Origin: a virus
Lineage: Duplodnaviria > Caudoviricetes
DNA length: 64,000 nt
IMG/VR virus record: IMGVR_UViG_3300014208_000027
Coordinates: 32,001 to 96,000 of that record
Reading direction: 5' to 3' (one strand)
Part shown: positions 44,435-53,953 of the stretch, piece after piece
Position numbering within the stretch: position 1 is the first letter of the stretch
Layout of the letters: each line of letters opens with the position of its first letter
Made by a program: the position numbers and the translations under genes
Notes under the pieces: generated by a model
The model's input: only the letters and a program-made list of their open reading frames with translations
Databases searched by the model: none
Told to the model about the DNA's origin: nothing

Positions 44435-44725
44435 ATGGCAAAGAAAAATAAAACTTCTCTTGTAGAGGAAACTGTTGAAAATTGTAGGTCTGATAGAGAA
44501 CAGGCTCAATGGCTTCTTACAAAACTTATTTATGTTTTAGGTCAAGAACATGATAAACATAGAGAGTATGGTTTAATAGCTGCAAAGTATTTAGAAACTC
44601 TTCAAAGATCTAATGAACAAATGGTTAAGATTGCACTGGTACAAAGTAAAAATGAAGTAGTAGATATGGAGTTGTCTGAAGAAGATCGCGAAGAATTGTT
44701 TGATAGTATAAAAGACGAAAAATAA
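44435..44725 (+). CDS. Hypothetical helical protein
   Basis: N.R.DR..A..LL...G....KY.ETLQRSNEQ.VK. Confidence 0.7.
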   Translation: MAKKNKTSLVEETVENCRSDREQAQWLLTKLIYVLGQEHDKHREYGLIAAKYLETLQRSNEQMVKIALVQSKNEVVDMELSEEDREELFDSIKDEK

Positions 44726-45808
44726 TTATTTAAAGTTTTCGTAAAAATCTTTTAAACTTGGATAGACTGGGATTTTCATATCTTTTGCTTGTTTAAGATA
44801 TTCCGGAATGTTAGTTATTATAAATTTAATGACAGATTCGGAAGGGATTAGCCAAAATTCTGTTCTTTTTGGCCTGTTGTGTAATTCTGTAGGATATCTC
44901 CTTCCAGTGGGTATGTTTATTTTTGACCATGTATCTACATCAAATTGATAATCGGATTTCCCATAAACTCCAATTATTAGTAATTTGTTCGGATCGTGTA
45001 TAAGAATATTTTCTCCGGGATTTGTAGAAGAAAAACATACTTCTCCTGTTATGTTTTTAAAAAGGAATAAAACTTCTTTCAAAGGTTTTTTTTTGTCAGC
45101 GCGTTGACTGTGCAGAAAGACCCCGGTTGCCGCTTTTTTTTGGTCAGAACTTAAAGTTTTTTCTCTGTCATACAGTTGCGCGATGTTTTTAGCCCAATCA
45201 AAGATGACTATATATTTTTTTGGAAGCGAATGGCTTATAATTTTTTCAAAGGTATAATTTCTATCAGTTTGATCTGTGTGACTTATATAATATTGTTTAA
45301 TTTTTGAGGGAATTTTAACTGATTTGTTTTTTACGAGTTCTTTCACAAAAGTGTTAATATCTTCGTATGTTGGGTCCTTTTCATCTATCGTATTATTTGT
45401 TTCGTCATTTTTTACGATATAATTTAATATACTTTGGATATCATTAGAAAGTTCATAAATAGCTTTTTTTACTTCTTCTTTGTTAAACCTAAAATGATGC
45501 CAATCAACTCTATCTGCACTCGGTCTGGCTAAGGTGACGCAAGCGCTTCCGGTCGGCTTTTCGTTATATTCATCTTTTTCTTTATATGAAAATAATATTG
45601 AGAATTTAACCTCTGGGTTTATTCTTGAGGTTATAATTATGTTATTTTTATCTAGAACTCCTGGGGTAAATTTGAAATCCCGATTAAATTTATTTTCTAT
45701 TTTTTTAGACATATCGTAAAATATGTCTAGTGCCATTGGTTCTGTTATCACAGAATCATTTTTAATCGCAATATATTCTCTCAGTATTTGTTTAAAATTG
45801 AATGACAT
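44726..45808 (-). CDS. Hypothetical protein, possible ART-like C-domain
   Basis: FKQILRE N-terminus; ISHT, CFSST, RTEFW. Confidence 0.6.
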   Translation of the reverse strand: MSFNFKQILREYIAIKNDSVITEPMALDIFYDMSKKIENKFNRDFKFTPGVLDKNNIIITSRINPEVKFSILFSYKEKDEYNEKPTGSACVTLARPSADRVDWHHFRFNKEEVKKAIYELSNDIQSILNYIVKNDETNNTIDEKDPTYEDINTFVKELVKNKSVKIPSKIKQYYISHTDQTDRNYTFEKIISHSLPKKYIVIFDWAKNIAQLYDREKTLSSDQKKAATGVFLHSQRADKKKPLKEVLFLFKNITGEVCFSSTNPGENILIHDPNKLLIIGVYGKSDYQFDVDTWSKINIPTGRRYPTELHNRPKRTEFWLIPSESVIKFIITNIPEYLKQAKDMKIPVYPSLKDFYENFK

Positions 45809-45812
45809 GTAA

Positions 45813-45833
45813 TAAATAGTTGTTTTCTAATTA
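45813..45833. promoter_or_regulatory. Back-to-back late-type heptamers (CTATTTA on -, CTAATTA on +)
   Basis: - copy 45819-45813, 4 nt before ATG 45808; + copy 45827-45833 before ATG 45842. Confidence 0.65.
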
Positions 45834-45841
45834 CTTATGTT

Positions 45842-48832
45842 ATGGCTAAGAATGAACCAACCACACCATTTTATCCTGCTCATGGCATATTAAATAAGTT
45901 AGAAAAACCTCAGGTATCTTCTAGAGTTAACCTTGAAAATTATGATGCCTTTACTACAAATAAAAACATCGTCAAGGAATTTTATGCTTATGATGCCGTA
46001 ACAAATACGGGACCATATAAAGGAATTGTTTTGAGATGGGAAGGAAATAATGTTCCTGAAGCTGGTGGATGGTTAGAAAGTTGGTTTAAAAATAAAGGTA
46101 CTGCTCCTACTCTAGTAAAGATAAAAGTTAGAATACCTGAACTTCATGCCATGCTACCTATACCTAAACAACTAGGTGGTGGTAACAATCCTGATAATGC
46201 AATTATTGATATGTATCCAACCTTCATTGCTCAAAACAATGGAGTAGAATTAGCAAATTACCCTGAGATAGCTTCGTTAGTTTGGGTAGATTATGGTAAC
46301 AAAGTAAATTTTTCTGATCCTATCTATCTTAGGCCTGTATCTATGGCTCAAGCTGGGGCTGGGGCAAAAGGAGATATTTCTGCTCAAGGCGCACATAATA
46401 ATAAATGTGGTGGCTTATTACAATCAAATCCTCCACCTGGTGATGAACTAGCTGGTAGAAATAAAGCACTATCTCACTCTGGATTGCCTTTACTACCAAG
46501 AAAATTATCTAATGCTAACATAGGTGAAGGTATTCTAAAAGGGCCACAAGTTAATTCTTTAACCGTTTCAACCTGGCAAAAAGAAATGAAGGCTTCTGGC
46601 ATACCTGGCATAACTTGGATAGGCAACATAAAATTTAATGGTATAGAAGACTCTACGCATGAAAACAATAAAAGAGAGACAATTATATTCTCTCCTAACG
46701 TCACGGACTATTCTGCACCATTAGAACTTATTTACTTTTTCCATGGAGCTACTGAATTTGACAAAACTAAAGATTTTCAAAAGCGTTATCCTGCTGCATT
46801 AAAAAGATTAGCAAGTGATAATAGAAACTTTATATTTGTTATGCCTGAGTTACCGTGGGGAAAATATGCTGGAGCTAACGCATTAAAAAATGTTAAGAAT
46901 GGTAATGTCTGGCAAGGTAATGATAACTTTGCTAGTTTTCATGGAGATGTGCTGGCAACAATAAAAAATTCATTCTCTGATAAAGTAAAAATAGAATATA
47001 TATCGGTTATAACAGTTAATAATGGTACGCTGGCATTATCAAACGCATTCAAAAATGGTATGGATAATGTAAAACCAAATAGGCTAGTTTTAACCGAGGT
47101 AACAAAGAATTTTTCTGATCTAGTAGCAACTGCTAAAGAATCTATCATACAAGTGGTAGTAAAGAAAAACTCTGAAGATGAGAAGAGATTTAATCAATAT
47201 GATGGTAAAGATAAAATAGATTTCAAAGCATTAGATAAGAGTAGCGAAGAAATAAACAATGAAGCCATATTTTATATTGGAAATAAAACAGATAGTCTAA
47301 AAAAAGAAGGACAAAAATTACCTGCTCCTAAAAATGCAGACAAATCACCAGGCATAAAAGAAAAAACTGTTATCAATGGGAATAAGGTAACTATAGAACC
47401 AGCAGAGGGGTTCAAAGAGAATAGAGTATACGTAGCTCAATTTGGCGTCCTAAAGGGCACTGAAGACGTTTTAGTGAAGGTACCCAGCGTAGGAGCACAA
47501 CAATTTTTGCACTCTCTAGCGGCCAAGAGACTAGCTCTAATGAGTGCAGCATGGCAACAAGAGAATGCAGGACAGCCAGAAATAAAAATAGCTTCGGGTT
47601 GGAGAGCAAATGATTTTGCCACTAAGGCTGATTGGGAAGCTTATCTAAGAGTACAATATAAGGGTGATGTAGAAAAAGGAAAAGGATTAAAAGCTTTCGA
47701 GTCTCCTCATAGTGCGGGCTTGGCTTTTGACATTGGAAATTTAGGATTAACTCCAAAGAGTACTACAAATGAGCAACAAAAACAAACTAAGTTACATAAA
47801 TGGTTAGTTAACAATGCTTATAAATTTGGTATTACACCTTACAAACTTGAGGCATGGCACTGGGAAGTTATGTTGCCTAGAGATAGTTGGGTTAGTGGCA
47901 AGGAGTTTACCGATAATCTAGCAGTGAGAGTACTTAATCCTGGTAAAGGAAATAATCTTCCAATGGCTAGCAACGATAATAAAGATTGTGTAGCAACCGT
48001 GGCAAGTGTCATGGGATCGTCACCTAACAATCCTAACGGAAGTTTAAATAAACCTGCTAGTGAAGATGGAGAAGTAAATCTTGTGTACACAGATTTTGCT
48101 AGGAAGAAGGCTCCACGACCGTCAATTCAAGGTTTGCTAGATGGCGCAAAAAAAGTAGATCAAAAATGGGGTACACTAATAAAAAAATATCAAGGTAATT
48201 TACCGTACGGGTTAACATGTGTTCGTATTGCTCATGAAAATGGAGTTGTTGCAAAATCTAAACCAACACCTCACGGTGAGACGGGATTATTTCAAATTTG
48301 GTGCGGTCCCGACTTTTATCAAGATTATGTAACATATGGAGTAGATGAAGCAGTGAAACGTGGAAATTTTCAACCTGGAAGATTGGGTGCAAAGTGTAAA
48401 AAAATAAAACCTGATTTTAATCCGTTTAATGCAGATGATAATATATGGGGTGGGTTAAGTGATTTTAATGTTCAAGCTAATAGATTGGCTTATGGAAAGT
48501 TACAAAGATATTTTCCTAAAGCAGATGTCCAATTTTGGGGATGTGTTAATATCCAGTTGAGTATTGGAGATGGAGCTTTTCCGTTTTTATTGAAGAAAGT
48601 TAATCCAACTCCAGGAAATGCTTTAAATGAGTTGTGCAATTATGTTGCAAATAATGGGGAAAGTCTGGTAGAATATGCCGAGAAGGGATTATTTGGGAAA
48701 GGAGTAACAGCTAATTCGGTAGTGTCGAGAGTTTTAGTCACTCCTTTTTGGATCAAGGCAGCTCAACAATTAACTGGTGAATCAGTGGCTACAGCAGATT
48801 ATGGTATGAAATCATTTTTAAATTTTGCTTAA
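45842..48832 (+). CDS. Multidomain baseplate hub/tail lysin: gp5-like OB fold, hydrolase-like domain, M15 D,D-peptidase, lysozyme-like domain
   Basis: KVRIPELH..LP.P (OB); YFFHG; IASGWR..SPH.AGLAFDI..E.WHWE (M15); HENG..GETGLFQI (lysozyme-like). Confidence 0.75.
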   Translation: MAKNEPTTPFYPAHGILNKLEKPQVSSRVNLENYDAFTTNKNIVKEFYAYDAVTNTGPYKGIVLRWEGNNVPEAGGWLESWFKNKGTAPTLVKIKVRIPELHAMLPIPKQLGGGNNPDNAIIDMYPTFIAQNNGVELANYPEIASLVWVDYGNKVNFSDPIYLRPVSMAQAGAGAKGDISAQGAHNNKCGGLLQSNPPPGDELAGRNKALSHSGLPLLPRKLSNANIGEGILKGPQVNSLTVSTWQKEMKASGIPGITWIGNIKFNGIEDSTHENNKRETIIFSPNVTDYSAPLELIYFFHGATEFDKTKDFQKRYPAALKRLASDNRNFIFVMPELPWGKYAGANALKNVKNGNVWQGNDNFASFHGDVLATIKNSFSDKVKIEYISVITVNNGTLALSNAFKNGMDNVKPNRLVLTEVTKNFSDLVATAKESIIQVVVKKNSEDEKRFNQYDGKDKIDFKALDKSSEEINNEAIFYIGNKTDSLKKEGQKLPAPKNADKSPGIKEKTVINGNKVTIEPAEGFKENRVYVAQFGVLKGTEDVLVKVPSVGAQQFLHSLAAKRLALMSAAWQQENAGQPEIKIASGWRANDFATKADWEAYLRVQYKGDVEKGKGLKAFESPHSAGLAFDIGNLGLTPKSTTNEQQKQTKLHKWLVNNAYKFGITPYKLEAWHWEVMLPRDSWVSGKEFTDNLAVRVLNPGKGNNLPMASNDNKDCVATVASVMGSSPNNPNGSLNKPASEDGEVNLVYTDFARKKAPRPSIQGLLDGAKKVDQKWGTLIKKYQGNLPYGLTCVRIAHENGVVAKSKPTPHGETGLFQIWCGPDFYQDYVTYGVDEAVKRGNFQPGRLGAKCKKIKPDFNPFNADDNIWGGLSDFNVQANRLAYGKLQRYFPKADVQFWGCVNIQLSIGDGAFPFLLKKVNPTPGNALNELCNYVANNGESLVEYAEKGLFGKGVTANSVVSRVLVTPFWIKAAQQLTGESVATADYGMKSFLNFA

Positions 48833-48857
48833 TAAATTTTTTCACAAAGGAGAAATC

Positions 48858-49121
48858 ATGTTACGATTTACTGTTTACGGGGCCGTTTGGTGCCAAGGCT
48901 GTATAAAAATGCAACATATTATTTGGTCTGTCTTGAGAGAATTTAATCATATTGAGTATAGACACATCGATATAGACACAAGTGAAGAGCGAGATCTTTT
49001 CAAGGAAACTGGCAGTAGAACAGTTCCATTTTATACGCTTCAAAAAAATGACAAGATGATATGGTCCGGTGGTGGGGTGATGAGTAAAGATTATCTGAGA
49101 AGTGTGCTAGCGAGATATTAA
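48858..49121 (+). CDS. Thioredoxin/glutaredoxin-like protein (start set at ATG 48858)
   Basis: WCQGC, TVP; SD AAGGAG. Confidence 0.85.
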   Translation: MLRFTVYGAVWCQGCIKMQHIIWSVLREFNHIEYRHIDIDTSEERDLFKETGSRTVPFYTLQKNDKMIWSGGGVMSKDYLRSVLARY

Positions 49122-49123
49122 AA

Positions 49124-50011
49124 ATGGGGTGGAAAAAAAGACCGAAAAAAACCGGCATTTGCGATTCTTGTAATGAAGAGAAACAGGTAATTACAAAAAG
49201 AAATGGACAATTAGAATGCCTTCTGTGTAACTCAAGAGCGGCTAGAGATAAGTATATAAATACTCACAGGAGAATTTGTTCGCTTTGTTTAGAGGAATCA
49301 ATTATTTTTGCAGAGAACGATGATAAATTTTATTGTCAAAATTGTTATAGAAATCATATTAAAAATAAAAATGTGTGTTTTTTTTGTAATGAAAAAAAGA
49401 TTTCTTATTTCAATAAAAAAATAGAAAAGTTTTATTGTTCGAATTGTCATTCAAAATATATACGTGGAAAAAAAGTATGCTCGATTTGTAATGAAGAAGG
49501 TATAGTTAATAAATATGATGATGGGAAACCCATTTGTTCTCGTTGTTATCATAAAAACTTTTATGAACCACCAACTGGAGAATGTTATGTTTGCCATAAA
49601 ATTGATTCTTTACCAGTTCCAGTTGACGATCAAAAAAGGATATGCAGAAATTGTGATTTAGCATGCAGAAGAAAAAACGATGCTAAATTTAATATAATAC
49701 AAAGATTAAGATCTCGTTTATCAAATGCTTTTAGAATTTATTCTAAAAATGGGAAGGTAAATTCATCTAAAGAATATGGCATAGATTATCAAGCTATTTT
49801 TGAATATATTGGCGAGTGCCCTGGAAATAGAAAAGATTATCATATTGATCATATAAAACCTTTATGTTTATTCGATTTTGATGACCCTGAACAAGTAAAA
49901 GAAGCATATCGGGCAGATAATCACCAGTGGATGTTAGCTTCTGAAAATATAAAAAAAGGTTGTAAATATATTGAACCCGTTTTAGGAGAGGAAGATAAAA
50001 AAAATGAGTAG
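49124..50011 (+). CDS. HNH homing endonuclease with ten CxxC motifs
   Basis: LRSRL; YHIDHIKPL..FD..D..Q......N.Q...A.EN.KKG. Confidence 0.85.
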   Translation: MGWKKRPKKTGICDSCNEEKQVITKRNGQLECLLCNSRAARDKYINTHRRICSLCLEESIIFAENDDKFYCQNCYRNHIKNKNVCFFCNEKKISYFNKKIEKFYCSNCHSKYIRGKKVCSICNEEGIVNKYDDGKPICSRCYHKNFYEPPTGECYVCHKIDSLPVPVDDQKRICRNCDLACRRKNDAKFNIIQRLRSRLSNAFRIYSKNGKVNSSKEYGIDYQAIFEYIGECPGNRKDYHIDHIKPLCLFDFDDPEQVKEAYRADNHQWMLASENIKKGCKYIEPVLGEEDKKNE

Positions 50012-50927
50012 CCTCAAAAAAGCATTAGATCGTGATGGTCTTTCCGATGAAACAAAAAAAATAATTGGTAACACTTCTTACTCTGCCAAAATAGATGCTC
50101 AAGGTATTGCTGGATCGACTTTATCTGAGCCAGTTCCGAACTATATTTCTACGCCTAGTGAAATTGTTTTATCAAACAAATCCAATAGTTGGATAGTGCT
50201 TGGTCGGGATCGTCCTGGATCCCGTCTATCCGGTTACGGTGGTCGGGGTGATTCTGGTGCAGCATCTATAGATCTTGTTGTAGGCCGTAATGGCAGTAAT
50301 GTAAAACAAGTTGATGTGAGTAACCAGCAACTCTGGACTGACTCTGATTTTGTTAATGATTCTGCCAGGATATACATTTCCGCTAAAGCCGACATTGACG
50401 ATTATTTAAAACTTGACGGTACTAATCATAAAACTAGATCGGCGGTCGGGATTAAAGCCGACCATATTCGAATAGTGGCTAGAGAAAAAATAAAATTAGT
50501 GACCGGCACTGACGACACGAATTCCCAGGGTGGTTTAATAAATGAATTATCTGGTATAGAAATTAACGCTGGTAACAATAGTGAATCCTTACAACCAATG
50601 GTCCTAGGTTCCAATGTTGTCTCTGCTTTGTCAGGAATTGTTAATCATATAGATTCTTTAGCGGGTATAGTAGATTCTTTAACCATGATTATTTTTGACT
50701 ACAATCAGCAGATCGCTACCCATTTTCATATTAGTCCGTTCTTCGCTCAGTGTACCACTCCCAGTGAAGTTCTTATTCCTGAAGGAACCAAAGCTAACAT
50801 TAATCTTCTTCAAAAGGTTAAGCGTAGTATTTTAAATTTGAAAATAAATTTGGGATCCTTTAAAATAACTCATCTCGAACAGGTAGGTAAAAATTATGTA
50901 TGCTCGCGTAGGAATAAGGTTAACTAA
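50004..50927 (+). CDS. Baseplate central spike (gp5 C-terminal-like)
   Basis: IVLGRDR..SGYG..A.SIDLVVGR..SARIYIS beta-rich repeats; H-x-H apex motif THFH. Confidence 0.65.
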   Translation: MSSLKKALDRDGLSDETKKIIGNTSYSAKIDAQGIAGSTLSEPVPNYISTPSEIVLSNKSNSWIVLGRDRPGSRLSGYGGRGDSGAASIDLVVGRNGSNVKQVDVSNQQLWTDSDFVNDSARIYISAKADIDDYLKLDGTNHKTRSAVGIKADHIRIVAREKIKLVTGTDDTNSQGGLINELSGIEINAGNNSESLQPMVLGSNVVSALSGIVNHIDSLAGIVDSLTMIIFDYNQQIATHFHISPFFAQCTTPSEVLIPEGTKANINLLQKVKRSILNLKINLGSFKITHLEQVGKNYVCSRRNKVN

Positions 50928-50930
50928 TTA
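50924..50930 (+). promoter_or_regulatory. Late-type heptamer CTAATTA
   Basis: 4 nt before ATG 50935. Confidence 0.6.
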
Positions 50931-50934
50931 ACTT

Positions 50935-51861
50935 ATGCAACTTAAAAAACTTCTTGAATCATTTAACCAATTTTTAGAAGAATCCGTTACAGATGTTGTC
51001 TTCCATGGTACAGAATTTTCAACCTTGTTGGTAGTTTTAAAAAATAATAAGTTCACTACATCTGTTGCTAAAGGTATTTCTTCCGACGAAAGAGATAACA
51101 AAGGAAGAATTTATTATTTCTCTACCGCTCGGTCAATAACCAGCACCTATTTGACAGGTCTTGGTTCTAGGGCTGTTCTGCTTAAGCTAGATGGTCGGAA
51201 GTTATCTCAAAGATATAAGTCTACCCCAGTTGATTATTATAATAAGTTTGACAAGTCAACAGGGGGATATGATGAAATGGAAGACAGAATTGTAACAGAC
51301 AAGCCGTCAATCGATAATGCCTTAAGTTATATCCTAGAAATTCACTGTCTTGCAAAATATGCAGAGACCACAGAGCAAGCGCAAGATTATTATAAAGTCC
51401 AGAGTATCGCAAACAAAAATAACATTCCAATTTACTTTTACACCGATAGCGATTCTTTTTATCTCTTGAACAAGAAAAAGGCTTTGTCTGCTGAAAACGC
51501 CGTAAAGTTCATAGCTCAGAAACAAGGTGAGCCGAAAGAAAAAGAGAAGGATGCATATTGGGACAGCTTATCTTTTGACTCAACTGATGCAAAAGATCTT
51601 GTTAACATCCTAAAAGCAATTGAGGTTGGTAACAAAGATTTGATTTCTAGTGATAATCATTGGAAAAGATTTATTTTAAGTTATCCTAGAGATTTTAATA
51701 GTCACCTTCCGATAATGATTCAAAATGATAGAAAAAGTCCTAAAAATAGGAAATATATAGACGACATTCTTCACTATATGAAGAGTAAAAAACTGTCTAC
51801 TTTTGATGATTTTAGAGAATACTTGAAGGTTGAGTTGGAAAAGCTGTACACGGAAACCTAA
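50935..51861 (+). CDS. Putative packaged ADP-ribosyltransferase-fold protein (paralogue 1)
   Basis: LLESFNQFLEE leader; FHGT, YYFSTARS, DEMEDRI. Confidence 0.55.
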   Translation: MQLKKLLESFNQFLEESVTDVVFHGTEFSTLLVVLKNNKFTTSVAKGISSDERDNKGRIYYFSTARSITSTYLTGLGSRAVLLKLDGRKLSQRYKSTPVDYYNKFDKSTGGYDEMEDRIVTDKPSIDNALSYILEIHCLAKYAETTEQAQDYYKVQSIANKNNIPIYFYTDSDSFYLLNKKKALSAENAVKFIAQKQGEPKEKEKDAYWDSLSFDSTDAKDLVNILKAIEVGNKDLISSDNHWKRFILSYPRDFNSHLPIMIQNDRKSPKNRKYIDDILHYMKSKKLSTFDDFREYLKVELEKLYTET

Positions 51862-52094
51862 CTTATTACCTCAATATATTTTGTTTGCCAGTCTGTTCCG
51901 CCACAAAGTTCACAGTATGAATTATCTGTAAGGTATACAAGTTCCTCATCTAAGTGTTCCCAATTAAAATTATACATTTTTATGTTTTGTTCTTGGTTTT
52001 TTGTTTTTTTATCATCAATGTGAAGTATTATATAAACATTGTCACATCTATACCAACTTGTGGGGAATTTGATTAAGTCTCCTATTTTTAGCAA
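51858..52094 (-). CDS. Small SH3/KOW-like hypothetical protein
   Basis: LKIGDLIK...VYII. Confidence 0.55.
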   Translation of the reverse strand: MLKIGDLIKFPTSWYRCDNVYIILHIDDKKTKNQEQNIKMYNFNWEHLDEELVYLTDNSYCELCGGTDWQTKYIEVIS

Positions 52095-52265
52095 TTAACC
52101 TTCCTCTATTTCTGTTAATTCCCAAAATGGTTTAAGTTCTCTATCCTCTTCTTCATTTTCTTCTAGTAGTTCTTGCTCGTCTCTTTTATTTTTTCTTTCC
52201 CGCGAGTTCATAAAGTCTACACTTACATCACGTTCATTCCCTTTAAACTTACTACTCCTACTCAT
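52095..52265 (-). CDS. 56-aa charged hypothetical protein (start set at ATG 52265)
   Basis: SD GGAG-like; in operon. Confidence 0.55.
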   Translation of the reverse strand: MSRSSKFKGNERDVSVDFMNSRERKNKRDEQELLEENEEEDRELKPFWELTEIEEG

Positions 52266-52266
52266 T

Positions 52267-52707
52267 TCAGATTCCTTCTCCTTCAGACAGGTTATTGATT
52301 TCTTTTTTACAATTATTACAAACAAAAAATTTCTTGCCTAGTGCCCAATTTTCTTGTGGATTATTGCTATGACAATTACAAAACTTACTTACGCATTGTT
52401 TTTTTACATACTCTTTACCATCATTTTCCTTATCCCATTGATTGAGTAAATCTTTTATATCTACAGGTTCATCAGGTGTGGCTTCGTCAGGATCAAAAAA
52501 GTTAAAACTTGATTGTGGAACGCCTTGATAATTTCCTTGTGGTTTGTGACCCACAGAATTAAAAAATGTTTGTTCATATGCATCTACAAGTTCAATAAGT
52601 TTATCTAGTTCATCATATTCCGGCGTGTTTGGTTGTGCAGTCCAAAGATCGTCCATTCTTTGAAGTGCTTCATCATAATCTTGTTCATTGTTAATTTGCG
52701 TAATCAT
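52267..52707 (-). CDS. Protein with HigA-antitoxin N-terminal domain (no HTH) and C-terminal Cys cluster; start set at ATG 52707
   Basis: I.NEQDYDEAL.R.D.LW.AQP.TPE.DELD.L..LV.AYE; SD AAGGA. Confidence 0.75.
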   Translation of the reverse strand: MITQINNEQDYDEALQRMDDLWTAQPNTPEYDELDKLIELVDAYEQTFFNSVGHKPQGNYQGVPQSSFNFFDPDEATPDEPVDIKDLLNQWDKENDGKEYVKKQCVSKFCNCHSNNPQENWALGKKFFVCNNCKKEINNLSEGEGI

Positions 52708-52711
52708 TTTT

Positions 52712-53242
52712 TTATTCCTTATTAGTGCTTCCAAATCCACCCCTAGATTTCCTACTAATATACATATTATTATAATCTTCCTTAGAAACTTCTTCAATCT
52801 TTCCAAATATATTAGCGCGCACAACAATTTGTACAAGTGGCTTTTTTTCGATATCTACATTATCCAAAAATTGATGACTACCTGTAGAATTATAGAAAGC
52901 AACTTTTAATTCGTCTTCAGGACCACAGTAGCTAGGGTCAATGAGTCCTACATGGTTAGCTAGTAAAAGTCCGGGGTAACGCTTTGGAGTGCTGCTACGA
53001 AGTAAAATTTCATAGTGGTAGCCAATTGGGGGAATTCCTACTAAACCTGTTGGGAGAATCTTAACTTCTCCAGGATCAAATCCATAACCTACTTTTTCTT
53101 GTTGCCATTCTTCATTAATGTACTCGCTTACATGTTTTTCCCCTGGCAATAAAAATAAATCCATACCTAGAGCTTGTTCTTCTGCTTGCCGAGGAAGTTT
53201 AGCTAAGGGATTAATTCTAACAAACCTGCAATCAACGTGCAT
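52712..53242 (-). CDS. dut: Trimeric dUTPase
   Basis: G.DL, PTGL, RSS, GLIDPSY.G, SRGGFGST. Confidence 0.9.
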   Translation of the reverse strand: MHVDCRFVRINPLAKLPRQAEEQALGMDLFLLPGEKHVSEYINEEWQQEKVGYGFDPGEVKILPTGLVGIPPIGYHYEILLRSSTPKRYPGLLLANHVGLIDPSYCGPEDELKVAFYNSTGSHQFLDNVDIEKKPLVQIVVRANIFGKIEEVSKEDYNNMYISRKSRGGFGSTNKE

Positions 53243-53243
53243 G

Positions 53244-53522
53244 TTATTCTCCTAGAATTTCTAAAGCAATAATTTCTTTGCCATCGTCATATACATATGC
53301 TCTTAACTGTGAGTCAAAAGGCCTACAGTCAAATTCCCTAACAGTTTTTCCGACGTGAGTTCCAAAGTCGCATGTTCTTTTTATTTCTCTTTTCCAATTG
53401 CTTTCTTTGCATGCCAAAGATTCGTCCACTTTATCTCCTGCAAAAAGATTAGAAATATACCCATTATTATTTTTAACAAACTCTACAATTGCTTTTTTAC
53501 ACGTTTCAGTTGAAATTTTCAT
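53244..53522 (-). CDS. Hypothetical protein
   Basis: SD GAGG; in operon. Confidence 0.65.
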   Translation of the reverse strand: MKISTETCKKAIVEFVKNNNGYISNLFAGDKVDESLACKESNWKREIKRTCDFGTHVGKTVREFDCRPFDSQLRAYVYDDGKEIIALEILGE

Positions 53523-53546
53523 TTCAATCCTCTGTGAATGTTAAAT

Positions 53547-53576
53547 ATATTATGACTGGTTTTAGAGAATTGTCAA
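53547..53576 (-). promoter_or_regulatory. sigma70-type promoter of the antisense islet
   Basis: TTGACA (53576-53571) with CATAAT (16 nt) or TAATAT (18 nt). Confidence 0.6.
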
Positions 53577-53578
53577 GT

Positions 53579-53893
53579 CTATTTTTTCAGGAAAGCTGCC
53601 CAAATTGTAGCACTAAACCCTAGACTTGTTAGAGCAGAAAAAACAATCCAAAAAACTTTTGATGCATTTCTTTTCCACGATTCTACCACTTTTACTCTAG
53701 CATACAAACCTTTTTCAGGGTCTAGAATTGTATCGGCAAGTTTAACTGTATGTTCTTTAATTTCTTCAATAAATTTGTCTTGGTAGGAGAGTTTTTCTAG
53801 GATAACATCAAATTTATTTTCTACATCACATTTATTTTTTGGGAATAGCTGGCAGTTATTGTTGGAATTACGAACTGGTTCATGAGCAGCCAT
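53579..53893 (-). CDS. Coiled-coil protein with C-terminal TM (holin/XhlA-like topology)
   Basis: DPEKGLYARVK.VESWK, then a hydrophobic helix. Confidence 0.6.
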   Translation of the reverse strand: MAAHEPVRNSNNNCQLFPKNKCDVENKFDVILEKLSYQDKFIEEIKEHTVKLADTILDPEKGLYARVKVVESWKRNASKVFWIVFSALTSLGFSATIWAAFLKK

Positions 53894-53897
53894 AACT

Positions 53898-53930
53898 TAG
53901 ATAGTCCGAAGTAGGAATAATTTCTATTTA
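53898..53930. promoter_or_regulatory. Divergent late-type heptamers (CTATCTA variant on -, CTATTTA on +)
   Basis: - copy 53904-53898, 4 nt before ATG 53893; + copy 53924-53930 before SD AAGGAG. Confidence 0.5.
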
Positions 53931-53953
53931 CCTTTGTCACTAAGGAGAAAAAA

